Source: Desulfobacterales bacterium
GTDB taxonomy: Bacteria; Desulfobacterota; Desulfobacteria; Desulfobacterales; UBA5852
Direction: 5' to 3'
Assembly (NCBI GenBank): GCA_963674755.2
Contig: CAXXVS010000001.1
Location: 1,056,001-1,120,000 of the forward strand
DNA: 64,000 nt
Part shown: piece by piece, positions 1 to 10,212 of the stretch
Layout: each line of letters starts with the position of its first letter
Position numbering within the stretch: position 1 is the first letter of the stretch
Translations under genes and position numbers: made by a program
The notes under the pieces: generated by a model
Seen by the model: only the letters and a program-made list of their open reading frames with translations
Told to the model about the DNA's origin: nothing
The model's database searches: none

Positions 1-344
1 AATTGCTCGAAGGCTGCGTTCTGGGGGTAGAGCCGCAAAACATTGTCGGGATGGTGGATGGTATCCGTTGTTGCAATGACTTGTTCGCAGGGCGTGCCGC
101 AGATGTCGAGGTAGAGGTCTTCGGCGACCTGGCCGTTGGACCAGAAGGCCAGCGCATGGAGCTGGCGTGTCTCAGGGATGTACTCGGTGACCCAGGCGCT
201 GTGGGTCTGCACGGCGCTGGACAGATGTTCCACCAGCGCCTTGAAAAATTGGCTGCCCGTAGCCGTGGCGGTGCCTTCCATAATATGACGCAGAATGGCA
301 TTCTCGTCCGGGATGCGGGTCGGGAGGGGTTGGACGGTTCCCAT
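1..344 (-). CDS. N-terminal part of a GAF-domain signalling/regulatory protein (runs off the window start)
   Basis: Not in the ORF track. Manual minus-strand translation from ATG at 344, with GGAGTG upstream, gives MGTVQPLPTRIPDENAILRHIMEGTATATGSQFFKALVEHLSSAV...LAFWSNG...GTPCEQV...YP, open to the edge. The 'GTA..TG..FF..LV..L' and 'GTPCE.V' patterns are typical of GAF modules. Confidence 0.75.
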   Translation of the reverse strand, partial: MGTVQPLPTRIPDENAILRHIMEGTATATGSQFFKALVEHLSSAVQTHSAWVTEYIPETRQLHALAFWSNGQVAEDLYLDICGTPCEQVIATTDTIHHPDNVLRLYPQNAAFEQ

Positions 345-489
345 GCGGATCACTCCAGTATAGGGCGGAAATCGACGGCACGATGCGAATTTTGTCGTCG
401 AGAATGATCGGGTAACGGGGGCGGCGCTTGGGGGAGGGGATTTAAGGAAACGGGAATTTATCCATAGCCCCATCGCAACCCGGATACTG

Positions 490-777
490 TCAAGATGGCG
501 TTTCGTCCTGTTTTGTCAAGATCGGCATGATCACGGATAGATAATCCCTTGCGTAGAAGAGGTGGAGCGCGTCGAGGAAAACGAAGGGCAGACTGAGCAG
601 GATGAGAACGATCGCGCGTTTGCGGTCCGCGGAAAGCGCGTAATAACTGGCCAGCGGAATCATGGCCACCAGCAAACTGGACGTCAGCCAACCGAGTCTC
701 CCGGCATGCCGGATGAAGGGCATCACCAGGATGACCAGCATGATGACCAAAACAATATAGAGAAAGCGGCTTTTCAT
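490..777 (-). pseudogene. short membrane protein, probably the truncated N-terminus of a potassium/ion-channel family protein
   Basis: ATG at 777 follows a GGAGG-rich RBS. The 95-aa product has three hydrophobic helices (MKSRFLYIVLVIMLVILVMPF...) and then an abrupt polar tail, with no in-frame pore signature. Confidence 0.4.
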
Positions 778-993
778 ATCCCTCCCTCCCATCACGTGCG
801 ATTCTGAAGTGTTCCCTGACATTATGCCCGCTAAATTATATGCGCAAATCAATTGACCCCTTCTCCGGGTTTCAGTATAGTCGCCCATTTTGATGCCGTT
901 GCCCCCAAAGCAATTCGATGCAATCCCCGTGGCCCTGCGGCGGCACGATCCTTCAGGCAGCTGCCGGAGGGCGACGCCATATCGCTGAACACC

Positions 994-2154
994 ATGACTG
1001 AAACCGCCAAAACCAACCTGCGGGTGATTTTCGCCCTGACCCTGGTGCATTTCACGGGAGACTTCTACAGTTCCTTCACCACGCCTCTGTTTCCGCTGTT
1101 TGTGGAAAAATTGGGCCTGTCGCTGACCGAGGTGGGGTTGATTGCCGGGATCAACCGGTTCCTGGCCTTCATCGTGCAGCCCTCGGTCGGTTACCTGGCG
1201 GATCGCTACCCCACCCGGGCCTTTACCATGACGGGGCTTATCCTGGCGGTGATTTTCATCCCCCTGTCCGGCCTGGCGTCGGGGTTCTGGACGCTGCTGC
1301 TGGTGGTGGCCGTGGGATCCGTCGGCTCATCCATGTTTCATCCGGCCGTTACCGGCATGGTGCCGCTGTATGCCGGCCGCAATGCCGGCTTTGCCATGTC
1401 CATCTTCAACACGGGCGGCACCCTGGCCTTCGGGGTGGGACCCCTTTTTGTCACCTGGTATGCGGCGCGCTTCGGCCTGGCCGCGCTGCCGGCCACCATG
1501 GCCCTCGGCCTGCTGACGGCGGTGTATCTCTACCTCGTGCTGCCATCGCCCCCCAACGAGGGGTTACAGCGCAACGGCCTTTGGGGCGCCATCCGGGAAA
1601 GTCTGGGTGATGCCTGGAAAGCCGTGGCCCTGATCTGGCTGGTTATGGTGCTGCGGGCGGTGGTGGGGCAGTCTTTCATGACGTTCATGCCGGTGCTTTT
1701 CGTTCAGGAGGGGTTTTCGCTGGTGGAGGCCGGCACCCTGTTTTCCCTGTTCACCGTAGCCGGCACCATTAGCGGATTGATGGCCGGCGCCATTTCCGAT
1801 CGGATCGGCTTCAAACCGGTGTTCTTCCTTACCCACGGGCTGATGACGCCCGTCCTGCTGCTTTTCCTGCAACTCAAAGGGGGCTGGGTCTATGCCGGCG
1901 CCGCCCTGGCCGGCGCCATCGTGCTGGCCACGCTGCCCCTGGGGGTGGTCATGGCCCAATCCCTGGCACCCAAGGGGCGTTCCATGGTGGGCAGCCTGAT
2001 GATGGGGTTTGCCTTCGGACTGGGGGGGATCGTGGCGCCTCTTGTGGGACGGTTGGCGGATGTCTATTCGGTGCGCGCCGTCCTGACAGGTATTTCCCTG
2101 ATCCCGCTCATCACCCTTCTCTTGATTGCCCGCTTTCCCGTCGTTAAACACTGA
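994..2154 (+). CDS. MFS transporter (fosmidomycin-resistance Fsr-like)
   Basis: About 12 TM helices; motifs HFxxDxY, QPxxGxLADR, GSSMFHP and GAISDRIG. Start set to the ATG at 994. Confidence 0.85.
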   Translation: MTETAKTNLRVIFALTLVHFTGDFYSSFTTPLFPLFVEKLGLSLTEVGLIAGINRFLAFIVQPSVGYLADRYPTRAFTMTGLILAVIFIPLSGLASGFWTLLLVVAVGSVGSSMFHPAVTGMVPLYAGRNAGFAMSIFNTGGTLAFGVGPLFVTWYAARFGLAALPATMALGLLTAVYLYLVLPSPPNEGLQRNGLWGAIRESLGDAWKAVALIWLVMVLRAVVGQSFMTFMPVLFVQEGFSLVEAGTLFSLFTVAGTISGLMAGAISDRIGFKPVFFLTHGLMTPVLLLFLQLKGGWVYAGAALAGAIVLATLPLGVVMAQSLAPKGRSMVGSLMMGFAFGLGGIVAPLVGRLADVYSVRAVLTGISLIPLITLLLIARFPVVKH

Positions 2155-2313
2155 ACCACTTGAAATCAAAGAAAATGGGTGTTTAATAGAAGGCGTGCCG
2201 CAGATTGGCGGGAATGGTCCCCATCCAGCGCCGTCTGCCGATATCCCTAAGCAGAAGCCCCGAGGCGTGGGGCTTGGAGGAGGTCTGCCGTGCCCGCATA
2301 CCCCTGGTATCGC

Positions 2314-3108
2314 ATGTCCGTAGGACCGGTTATGGTGGTTTTACTATTGGCGTTTTTAGGCTGCGCCGGGAAGAAGCCGCCGCCGGCGCCGGTGGTGGTG
2401 ACGGGCCCTGATCCGGCCGTCCTGGACGCATTGGAAGCCGACAATCGGCGCTTGTCCGAAACGGTGATCGAGCAGGAACGGCAACTCAAAGAAAAGGACG
2501 CCCAGATCGGCCGGCTTCAACTGCAGCTCCTGGAGCGTGATGCCCGCTATCGCGCCCTGGCCGGTCAACTTTCATCCCAGCAGGGCCGTCTGGACGAAGC
2601 CGTGGTGGAGGTGGTGCGGACCAAAGCCAAACTGCGCAGCATCGAAAGCCGGGCCGAGGCGGCCTCTTCCATCACCGAGGCCGAGATTGCCCTCAAGGGA
2701 CTGAAAGACCGCCTTGACGCCACCGACACCCGTCCCCACGATGATTATCAGAAGGCCCAAGCCCTGGTGCGCATGAGCACCAGTGAGTTCAAGAAGGCAA
2801 ACTACGGAGGCGCCCTTTATCTGGCGGGCCAGGCCCAGGGCCAGATCAGGGCTGCCGAAGCGCATTTTGCCCGACCGGAAGGTCGTTCCCTGGCACCGGG
2901 CGAGGTGCTCTTTGCGCTGCCCCTGCCGCTCAAGGTATTGAAGCGCAGTAATTTGCGCCGGGGACCCTCCCTGCAAGCCAAGATCGAACGCACCCTGGAT
3001 ATCGGCGATCCGATCCTCGGCTATTCCTACAAGGAGGAGTGGATTCGGGTCCAAACCGAGGACGGAATAAATGGTTGGATTTTCCAGACCCTGGTGAGTG
3101 AGCGCTAG
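2314..3108 (+). CDS. lipoprotein with a coiled coil and a C-terminal bacterial SH3 domain
   Basis: Lipobox FLGC after a hydrophobic stretch, heptad-rich middle region, C-terminal NLRRGPS...WIRVQ..GINGWI. Confidence 0.7.
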   Translation: MSVGPVMVVLLLAFLGCAGKKPPPAPVVVTGPDPAVLDALEADNRRLSETVIEQERQLKEKDAQIGRLQLQLLERDARYRALAGQLSSQQGRLDEAVVEVVRTKAKLRSIESRAEAASSITEAEIALKGLKDRLDATDTRPHDDYQKAQALVRMSTSEFKKANYGGALYLAGQAQGQIRAAEAHFARPEGRSLAPGEVLFALPLPLKVLKRSNLRRGPSLQAKIERTLDIGDPILGYSYKEEWIRVQTEDGINGWIFQTLVSER

Positions 3109-3215
3109 GCGTCCGGCCGGATTCGATCCGCCAGAGGCGTCCGAGGACTAATTCCCGGCCGCGTGCGGCGTTGGATGGCGTTTACCGATGCCCGGCTGGT
3201 TCGCGGCGGGGCCAT

Positions 3216-4988
3216 TCATTTTGCGGTGTGACGCCTTTCGGGCGTAATGAGTCGGATGGGGCCCTGCTTGGGCCCCGCGGCTTTCTGATCGGCGGCCGTG
3301 GTCACCCGGTTGCGCCCGGCCGCTTTGGCCGCGTAGAGGGCTTGATCCGCCTGCTGGAACAGTTCTTCCGGACTGTCGCCGTGTTGGGGGAACATGGCCA
3401 TTCCGAGGCTGACGGTGATCCGATCCCCCTTGGGGTTGATGCGTTGCTGGGCCACCCGTTCCCGAATCCGTTCGGCCACTTCCAACCCACCGGTCGCCCC
3501 CACCTCCGGCAGCATCACAATGAATTCCTCACCCCCGTAGCGGGCCGCATAGTCACAGCTGCGGACCGTATCCCGGAACACGCCGCCCAGCAGGCGCAGG
3601 ACCTCGTCGCCTTTCTGATGGCCGAAGGTATCGTTGATGTGTTTGAAATGGTCGATATCGATTACCAGCAGCGCAAACGTGTGCCCATTGCGTTTGGAGC
3701 GGGTGACCTCGTGCCCCAAAGTTTCCATCAGGTGTTTACGGTTGTTGAGGCCGGTCAACTCATCGGTGATGGACAGCTGGTGCAGTTCGCGGTTTTTCTC
3801 CTGGAGCTCTTCATTGACGCTGTCCAGCTCTTTGCGGCTGCGCCGGAGGCGCGCCACCATATGGTTGAAAACCTGGGTCAGGTAGCCTACCTCGGACCGG
3901 GTATAGACCGGCAGGTCCACCGCCAGATCGCCGGCCGCCACCTGATCGGCACCCCGGGTCAGGCGACGCAGGGGGCGCACAATGGTCAACCCCAGCCAAT
4001 AGGCGCACAGTCCGATACCGATCAGCAGGCCCCCCACCAGAACCAGGGTCATGCGCTGAAGGGCTTCGATTTGGGAAAAGGCCTTGGTTTTGTCCATCTC
4101 GGCCACCACCCCCCACTTTAAAGAGGGGACGACTTTGAGCGTGCCGATCACGGTTGCGTCCTTGTAGCTGGCATAGGTGACGGGTTTTCCCAGATGATCG
4201 TAAAGCTTGGTAATGCTGGCGTGTTCCAGGTAGACCTCCCGGGAGGGGCCGGAGAAAAGATGCGGACTGGCCAGCACTTTGCCCTCTTGGTTGACGAGGT
4301 AGGTTTCCCGGATATCGGATTGGGAGTAAGCAGCCAGGACACGGTCCATGGCATCCAGCGACAGTTTGGCCCCCAGGATGCCGATAACGTCGCCGCCGGG
4401 GGTGCGTATGGCATCGGCAATCAAGATGACCCGGGCTTGGAGCGCCTGGTCGTAGGTGGCCTGGCCGACGACCGCCTGGCCCTCGTCGATGCGCTCGCGC
4501 CAGCCCACCGGAAGGGCAGGCTCTCCCTGAACCGCCGCACTGGAGGCGATGCGGCGTCCGTCGAGGTCGAGGATCATCAGCTCTGCATAATCGGCGAATT
4601 TGGCGCGCACGGACTGCAAATACTCCTGAATCAAACTCATGGCCACCAGATGTTCCACATGGGAGCCGTTGGCGCGGAGAATTTTCAGCAGGTTTTCCGA
4701 AACGATGTAGGAACTGGCGAAGACGCGGACGTCATAGAGCTTTCCCTTTATCAGGAGATCGAGTTCGCGCGATACTTGGGAGGTGGCATCACGCAACTCC
4801 TGGGAGATCTTTTCACTGAGGAAGCGGGTGTTCTGGAGGTAGGAGAGGCTGCCCAGGGTGATGGCCGGGATGATGGTGGCCGCCAAGGCGAACACCATGA
4901 TGCGGATTTTGATGCTTTGCAGCCAGGGCGGTTTGGAAGAAACCGCAGGGCCATTTGTTTTCGACGATGGGGGGGGTTCGGATGCCAT
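3216..4988 (-). CDS. membrane-bound diguanylate cyclase (Cache-HAMP-GGDEF)
   Basis: Two TM helices flank a periplasmic region; HAMP linker; TDELTGL, DIDHFK.IND.FGH and RYGGEEF, with an RxxD I-site (RSCD). Confidence 0.92.
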   Translation of the reverse strand: MASEPPPSSKTNGPAVSSKPPWLQSIKIRIMVFALAATIIPAITLGSLSYLQNTRFLSEKISQELRDATSQVSRELDLLIKGKLYDVRVFASSYIVSENLLKILRANGSHVEHLVAMSLIQEYLQSVRAKFADYAELMILDLDGRRIASSAAVQGEPALPVGWRERIDEGQAVVGQATYDQALQARVILIADAIRTPGGDVIGILGAKLSLDAMDRVLAAYSQSDIRETYLVNQEGKVLASPHLFSGPSREVYLEHASITKLYDHLGKPVTYASYKDATVIGTLKVVPSLKWGVVAEMDKTKAFSQIEALQRMTLVLVGGLLIGIGLCAYWLGLTIVRPLRRLTRGADQVAAGDLAVDLPVYTRSEVGYLTQVFNHMVARLRRSRKELDSVNEELQEKNRELHQLSITDELTGLNNRKHLMETLGHEVTRSKRNGHTFALLVIDIDHFKHINDTFGHQKGDEVLRLLGGVFRDTVRSCDYAARYGGEEFIVMLPEVGATGGLEVAERIRERVAQQRINPKGDRITVSLGMAMFPQHGDSPEELFQQADQALYAAKAAGRNRVTTAADQKAAGPKQGPIRLITPERRHTAK

Positions 4989-5221
4989 GCCGCGATATCC
5001 CTCTCGGGTAAGACTTCGGCCAGGAAATGCAATCGGATCCTATGGGCGCCTAATATGTCTTGCATTATAACAACTATTTGAAACAATAGTCAATATTTCT
5101 CGATTTGAGGCGGTTTGGCAGTGCCCGGACAGGTTGACAAGCGGCCAGGCCCATGGTTTGACCCAAGGCCAAAGGGCATCGGACTCCTCCATTCTTGAAT
5201 CTTTAAAAGAGGGCGCGTCAT

Positions 5222-6307
5222 ATGGAATTATTGGTTCTGTTTTTTCTGCTTTCCATCGGATTCTCGTTTCTTTGCTCGGTATGGGAGGCCGTCCTCTTGA
5301 GTATCCCGCCCTCCTTTGTGGCGGCCCTTGAAAAAGAGGGCTCCCAGTTGGGGCGGCGTTTGGGGCGTTTCAAGGCGGATATCGACCGCCCGCTGGCGGC
5401 CATCCTGACCTTGAACACGATCGCCCACACGGTGGGGGCCATCGGCGTCGGCGCCCAGGCGGCCCGGATTTACAGCGACGCCCATTTATGGGGGCTCAAC
5501 GTGGCCGCGGTCATCGTCCCCACCGCCATGACCCTGGCGATCCTCATTCTCTCGGAGATCATCCCCAAAACCCTAGGCGCCACCTATTGGCGATTCCTGG
5601 TGGGCTTTACGGTCCGCGCCGTGACGGCGATCATCTACGGCCTTTATCCGCTGGTTGGTCTCAGCCAGTTGATTACGCGCAAGCTGAAGGGCGACAACCC
5701 GCGGAGTGTCCTGAGCCGCTCCGAGTTTTCCGCTATGGCCGAGAGCATTACGGCCCAAGGGGTTTTGAAGAAGCACGAGTTCGGGATGATCAAAAACCTG
5801 CTGGATTTTGAAACCGTGCGTGCCCGGGACGTCATGACGCCCCGCACGGTGATGGTGGCTGCCGACGAAACCCAGACCATCGCCGCGTTCAACGCAGCGA
5901 ATCCCTCCTTACGGGTTTCGCGAATCCCGGTTTTCGACGGCAGCATCGACCGGATCAGCGGGTTCGTGATCCGGGCCGATATCCTGGCCCGGCTGGTGGC
6001 CGATCAGGACAGTCTGCTGCTCAAGGACCTCAAGCGCCCCATCGTCCTCGTGTCGGAAGATGACTTGCTGCCGGACATCTTCAACATCCTGATCGAAAAA
6101 CGGGCCCACATCGCGGTCGTTGTGAATGCGTTTGGCGGCACGGCCGGGGTGTTGACCATGGAGGATGTGGTGGAAACCCTGCTGGGGCTGGAAATCGTCG
6201 ATGAATTCGACCGCACGGCGGATTTGCAGCAGCTGGCCCGCAAAAACTGGGAAGCGCGCGCCAAGGCCCTGGGGCTGATCGCCGGCGATGCGCCCGATGA
6301 GGGATGA
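5222..6307 (+). CDS. CNNM/DUF21-CBS domain protein (CorB/TlyC-like)
   Basis: FSFLCSxxEAxLLS, SEIIPK, VMTPR, SRIPV and GVLTMEDVVE motifs. Confidence 0.88.
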   Translation: MELLVLFFLLSIGFSFLCSVWEAVLLSIPPSFVAALEKEGSQLGRRLGRFKADIDRPLAAILTLNTIAHTVGAIGVGAQAARIYSDAHLWGLNVAAVIVPTAMTLAILILSEIIPKTLGATYWRFLVGFTVRAVTAIIYGLYPLVGLSQLITRKLKGDNPRSVLSRSEFSAMAESITAQGVLKKHEFGMIKNLLDFETVRARDVMTPRTVMVAADETQTIAAFNAANPSLRVSRIPVFDGSIDRISGFVIRADILARLVADQDSLLLKDLKRPIVLVSEDDLLPDIFNILIEKRAHIAVVVNAFGGTAGVLTMEDVVETLLGLEIVDEFDRTADLQQLARKNWEARAKALGLIAGDAPDEG

Positions 6308-6564
6308 TCGAAACCATCCCCGCTGTGACCGGCCTTGTTGAGGTTCGACCATCGCGGGGCCTTATCCCCCAAGTGGTGTCTCGCTCGGGCAATAGGCGAG
6401 GGAGCGGATAAGACGGCCGGATGCGCTTGCAGCGGGCGAAGGTCCTTCTCTTGACCCGTCCTGTCCAATGATCACATTCAGGCATCAGGCAGCGGAGATG
6501 GCGATTTGCGACCATCGCGGGCGCGCTGCCAATCGATAGCGTCCTTTTTCAAAGGAGGTTCTCC

Positions 6565-6882
6565 ATGGCCGATAGCATCAAGGTGCAAGCGCTGGCCGAT
6601 CAGCTGGCCGCCAACTCCGATATCACGCTGCTCGATGTCAGGCGCAAAGCGGATTTCGATCAGGCGCCCAAGAAGATCAAGGGCGCCCGCTGGCACGATC
6701 CGGAAGTCTTGGCGGAATGGATGGATGCCGTGCCTAAAGATCGCAACGTAGTTGTCTACTGCGTCAAAGGCGGCTCGGTCAGCCAGTCCGTGACGGAAAC
6801 GCTGGCCGGGCAGGGCTGCCGGGTGCACTATCTGGAAGGCGGCCTCAAGGCCTGGCGGGAAGCGGGCGGATCGGTGGCATAG
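6565..6882 (+). CDS. single-domain rhodanese/sulfurtransferase
   Basis: LLDVR, IKGA, VVVYC and LEGGLKAW motifs; AAGGAGG RBS. Confidence 0.85.
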   Translation: MADSIKVQALADQLAANSDITLLDVRRKADFDQAPKKIKGARWHDPEVLAEWMDAVPKDRNVVVYCVKGGSVSQSVTETLAGQGCRVHYLEGGLKAWREAGGSVA

Positions 6883-6887
6883 GCGAT

Positions 6888-6929
6888 AAAAAAAGCGCCC
6901 GAAGCCGTACAGAGCCGGCTCCGGGCGCT
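6888..6929 (-). terminator. intrinsic terminator of the proVWX operon
   Basis: On the minus strand, AGCGCCCGGAGCCG-loop-CGGCTTCGGGCGCT is followed by a T run, just after the proX stop. Confidence 0.8.
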
Positions 6930-6952
6930 CATGTCTTACGAGAGGTATTGCG

Positions 6953-7987
6953 TTACATGGCGGCCTTGCGGGCTGCCTCCAGCCAACCGTTCCACTTGTC
7001 CGTGTGCTTGCCGATCCAATAGTCCACGTATTTTTCAATGTCCTTCTGGGATTTCTCGCCTTCGTTCATGCGGGCGTTCTGGGCGTTGATGTCGGACAGC
7101 GGCAGGGTGAACACCTCGAAGAACTTCTTGGCGGCCGGGTTGCTTTCGGCAAATTTCTTGTTGGCCACGATGCGGATGTCGGAAACCACGAACCCCAGCT
7201 TGATGGGATCGGTTACGGCACCCTCGATGCCGGAGACGGTCATGCGGTCCACAGCGGGTTTCTGGGAGTCCTTGGGAATGATCTTGGGCACGTTGATCCA
7301 CATGACGTCCTTGCCCGGCTTCAACTTGTACGTGGTCCAGTTGGGCGTCCAGGTATAGAAGAAGATGGGCAGACCGCTTTTGTAGTCCCCCAGGGCGGAA
7401 GCCATGCCGGCTTCGTAGGAGGCCTTGACCGGGTTGATGTAATCGCCGAGGTCGTAGACCTTCATGTGCCAGGCGATGACGTTTTCGCAGCCCCAGCCCG
7501 GCGGGCAGGCGGTCAGATCGGCCTTGCCGTCACCGTTTTTGTCGAAGGCTTCCATGACCTCGGGACGTTTGAAGTCGTCCAGAGACTTGATGTTGAATTC
7601 ATCCACAGCCTTTTTGGATACCAGGTAACCCTGGAGCCCGCCGGCTTTGACCACATAACCGATCTTCTCGGCTTTTTCAGCGAAATCTTTGGGGGTCTGG
7701 CTGTCGTGGTTGGGAAACCAGCCGTTGGTCCAGTAGTCGACATCGCCGAGGGTCACGGATTTATAGAAGATGGGGTTTTGCAGGTCCTTGGGTTTTTTGA
7801 CATCATAGCCCAGTTCCTCCAGGCCGCGGCGCACCAGCGCTTCCTGGAAAAAACCCGTGTTCCAGGTGGCCCGGGCCGGCTTGACCGTGACGCCCTTGCC
7901 CGGTTTCATGTCGTCGGCGGAGGCGGGAAGCACAGCCAGCGACAGGCAGACGGTGATCATGATCAACAATTGGGATAATCTTTTCAT
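6953..7987 (-). CDS. proX: glycine betaine/L-proline ABC transporter substrate-binding protein
   Basis: Signal peptide; CPPGWGC and FFYTWTPNW motifs; GGAGG RBS before the ATG at 7987; operon context. Confidence 0.92.
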   Translation of the reverse strand: MKRLSQLLIMITVCLSLAVLPASADDMKPGKGVTVKPARATWNTGFFQEALVRRGLEELGYDVKKPKDLQNPIFYKSVTLGDVDYWTNGWFPNHDSQTPKDFAEKAEKIGYVVKAGGLQGYLVSKKAVDEFNIKSLDDFKRPEVMEAFDKNGDGKADLTACPPGWGCENVIAWHMKVYDLGDYINPVKASYEAGMASALGDYKSGLPIFFYTWTPNWTTYKLKPGKDVMWINVPKIIPKDSQKPAVDRMTVSGIEGAVTDPIKLGFVVSDIRIVANKKFAESNPAAKKFFEVFTLPLSDINAQNARMNEGEKSQKDIEKYVDYWIGKHTDKWNGWLEAARKAAM

Positions 7988-8050
7988 GGATCCTCCTTGA
8001 TTTGCTTCGTTGGTTGCATTGAAAGGTCGACGTTTGAAACGCCGCAAGCT

Positions 8051-8881
8051 CTATTTCTTCTGCGCCATGGACTGGGTAAGCCGGTCCAGAACGATGGCCA
8101 TCAGCACGATGCTCAGGCCGCCGATGACGGCCCGGCCGATATCCAGGGTGTTCAATCCCAGGATCACGGGGGATCCCAACCCTCCTGCGCCGATGAGGGC
8201 CGCAATCACCACCATGGACAGGGCCATCATGATGGTCTGATTCAGGCCGGCCAGGATGGTGGGCATGGCCAGGGGCACCTGCACTCGCACCAGGACCTGC
8301 CAGTTGGTGGCCCCGAAGGCCTGGGCGGCCTCCACCAGTTCGGGATGCACCTGGCGGATGCCCAGGGACGTCAGGCGGATGATGGGCGGCAGGGCGAAGA
8401 CGATGGTGGCCAGCACGCCGGCTACATTGCCCACCGAGAACAGCATGACGATGGGCACCAGGTAGACGAAGGCCGGCGTGGTCTGCATGGCATCCAGCAC
8501 GGGCCGGATGCCGGTCTCGAAGGCATCGCTGCGGCCGGCCCAGATGCCCAGCGGGATCCCGGCCAGGGCGCAGAAAATAACCGAGGACAGCACCATGGCC
8601 AGGGTGGTCATGGTGTCCCCCCAAAGCCCCAGAAAACCGATGAACGTCATGGTGATGATCGTGAAAATGGCCAGGCCCTTGCCTGAGAAGCGCCAGGCGG
8701 CGATGGCCAGCAGCGCGATCACGAGGAGGGGCGGCAGGGCGTTCAGGCCGGCATCGAGCCCGTTCAGGGTCTGCTCCACAGGCCACTTGATGGCCTGAAA
8801 GACATCGCGGTAGTTTTCTACCAGCCAGTCGACAAATTGGGAGACCCATATATCCAGTGGAATGACTTTGTCTTCAAACAT
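8051..8881 (-). CDS. proW: glycine betaine/L-proline ABC transporter permease
   Basis: LDAMQTTPAFVYL, EAAxAFG and GLNQTIMMALSMVVIA motifs. Confidence 0.93.
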   Translation of the reverse strand: MFEDKVIPLDIWVSQFVDWLVENYRDVFQAIKWPVEQTLNGLDAGLNALPPLLVIALLAIAAWRFSGKGLAIFTIITMTFIGFLGLWGDTMTTLAMVLSSVIFCALAGIPLGIWAGRSDAFETGIRPVLDAMQTTPAFVYLVPIVMLFSVGNVAGVLATIVFALPPIIRLTSLGIRQVHPELVEAAQAFGATNWQVLVRVQVPLAMPTILAGLNQTIMMALSMVVIAALIGAGGLGSPVILGLNTLDIGRAVIGGLSIVLMAIVLDRLTQSMAQKK

Positions 8882-8947
8882 GCTATTTCTCCGTATTCAG
8901 ATGGAGCGCTCAGGCACACGCCGATGCACGCTCGCGAATCCACCTGT

Positions 8948-10174
8948 TTATTGGTTGGCGGCCGCTTGCTCCTCCAGTTGTTCTTCCGTGCGGTGCAGTG
9001 TTCGCAGGAAGCGGTTCTTGGACACGACGCCCTTGTAGACATTCTGATCGTCCACCACCGGCACCGGCCAACTGCTGGAGGCCACCTGGGGGAGAATATC
9101 CTGCATGGAATCGTTCAAGTTGACGGCTACGGTATTTTCCAGAAAGGCCTGGTTGACCGGGTTGTCGGGCTTACCGCTTTCCAGGGCCTCGCGCAGGGAG
9201 TCCGACGACACGATGCCGAGAAAACGGTGTTTGGGATCGAGCACATAGAGGTGGTCGCGTTCACTGCTGCTCAGCAGTTCATGGCAGGTGCGCAGACTGC
9301 CTTTCTTGGACACCACGACCGTGGGGCGGGTATCACGCACGATGTCGCCGGCCGAGATGACGTTGGTGGGATCCACCCCCCTGAAAAAAGCCCGCACATA
9401 GTCGTCGGCCGGATTCTGGAGAATCTCCTCGGGCGGCCCCACCTGGACCACTCGGCCCCCTTCCATGATGGCGATGCGATCCCCGATGCGCAGGGCCTCA
9501 TCCAGGTCGTGGGAGATGAACACGATGGTGCGCTGGTCTTCTTCCTGGAGCTTGAGCAATTCGTCCTGCATCTCGGTGCGGATCAAGGGGTCTAAAGCGG
9601 AAAAGGCCTCGTCCATGAGGAGAATATCAGGATCCACGGCCAGCCCGCGGGCCAGCCCCACGCGCTGCTGCATGCCGCCGCTGAGTTCCCGCGGGTAGGA
9701 ATCCTCCCAGCCGGCCAGCCCCACCTGCTCCAGGGCTTCCATGGCCCGTTTACGGCGCTTTTCTTTTTCAACTTTGGCGAGATCCAGTCCGAAGGCGGCA
9801 TTGTCGAGCACCGTCAGGTGCGGCATGAGGGCAAAGGACTGGAACACCATGCTCATATTGTGCAGACGGAACTTGACCAGTTCGTCCTGCCCCATCTTGG
9901 TGACATCCTTCCCGTCCACGATCACCTTGCCGGCGGTGGGTTCGATGAGACGGTTGAGCATGCGCACGATGGTGGATTTGCCCGAACCGGAAAGTCCCAT
10001 GATGACGAAGATTTCGCCGGCCTGGATGGAGAAGCTGGCGTTGTCGACCCCCACATTCATACCGGTTTTGTCATGGACCGATTCCTTGTTGTGGCCCTCC
10101 TTGAGCAGTTGCAGGGCCTTTTTCGGTTGGTCACCGAAAATTTTATACAAATTCTCTACGACGATTTTTTCCAC
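8948..10174 (-). CDS. proV: glycine betaine/L-proline ABC transporter ATPase with CBS domains
   Basis: MGLSGSGKST, LSGGMQQRVGLAR and MDEAFSALDPLIR motifs; C-terminal CBS pair. Confidence 0.95.
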   Translation of the reverse strand: MEKIVVENLYKIFGDQPKKALQLLKEGHNKESVHDKTGMNVGVDNASFSIQAGEIFVIMGLSGSGKSTIVRMLNRLIEPTAGKVIVDGKDVTKMGQDELVKFRLHNMSMVFQSFALMPHLTVLDNAAFGLDLAKVEKEKRRKRAMEALEQVGLAGWEDSYPRELSGGMQQRVGLARGLAVDPDILLMDEAFSALDPLIRTEMQDELLKLQEEDQRTIVFISHDLDEALRIGDRIAIMEGGRVVQVGPPEEILQNPADDYVRAFFRGVDPTNVISAGDIVRDTRPTVVVSKKGSLRTCHELLSSSERDHLYVLDPKHRFLGIVSSDSLREALESGKPDNPVNQAFLENTVAVNLNDSMQDILPQVASSSWPVPVVDDQNVYKGVVSKNRFLRTLHRTEEQLEEQAAANQ

Positions 10175-10212
10175 GAATGCCCACCTCTTCTAAATGACGG
10201 TTACAGGAGCGC

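Noticed and set aside
3..407. 134-aa plus-strand ORF
   Set aside because: Antisense shadow of the minus-strand GAF-domain gene starting at 344.
458..490. WGYG at the end of ORF 458..691 as a frameshifted K+ channel filter
   Set aside because: It lacks the TxxTxGYGD context, is followed immediately by a stop, and leaves no room for the missing helices.
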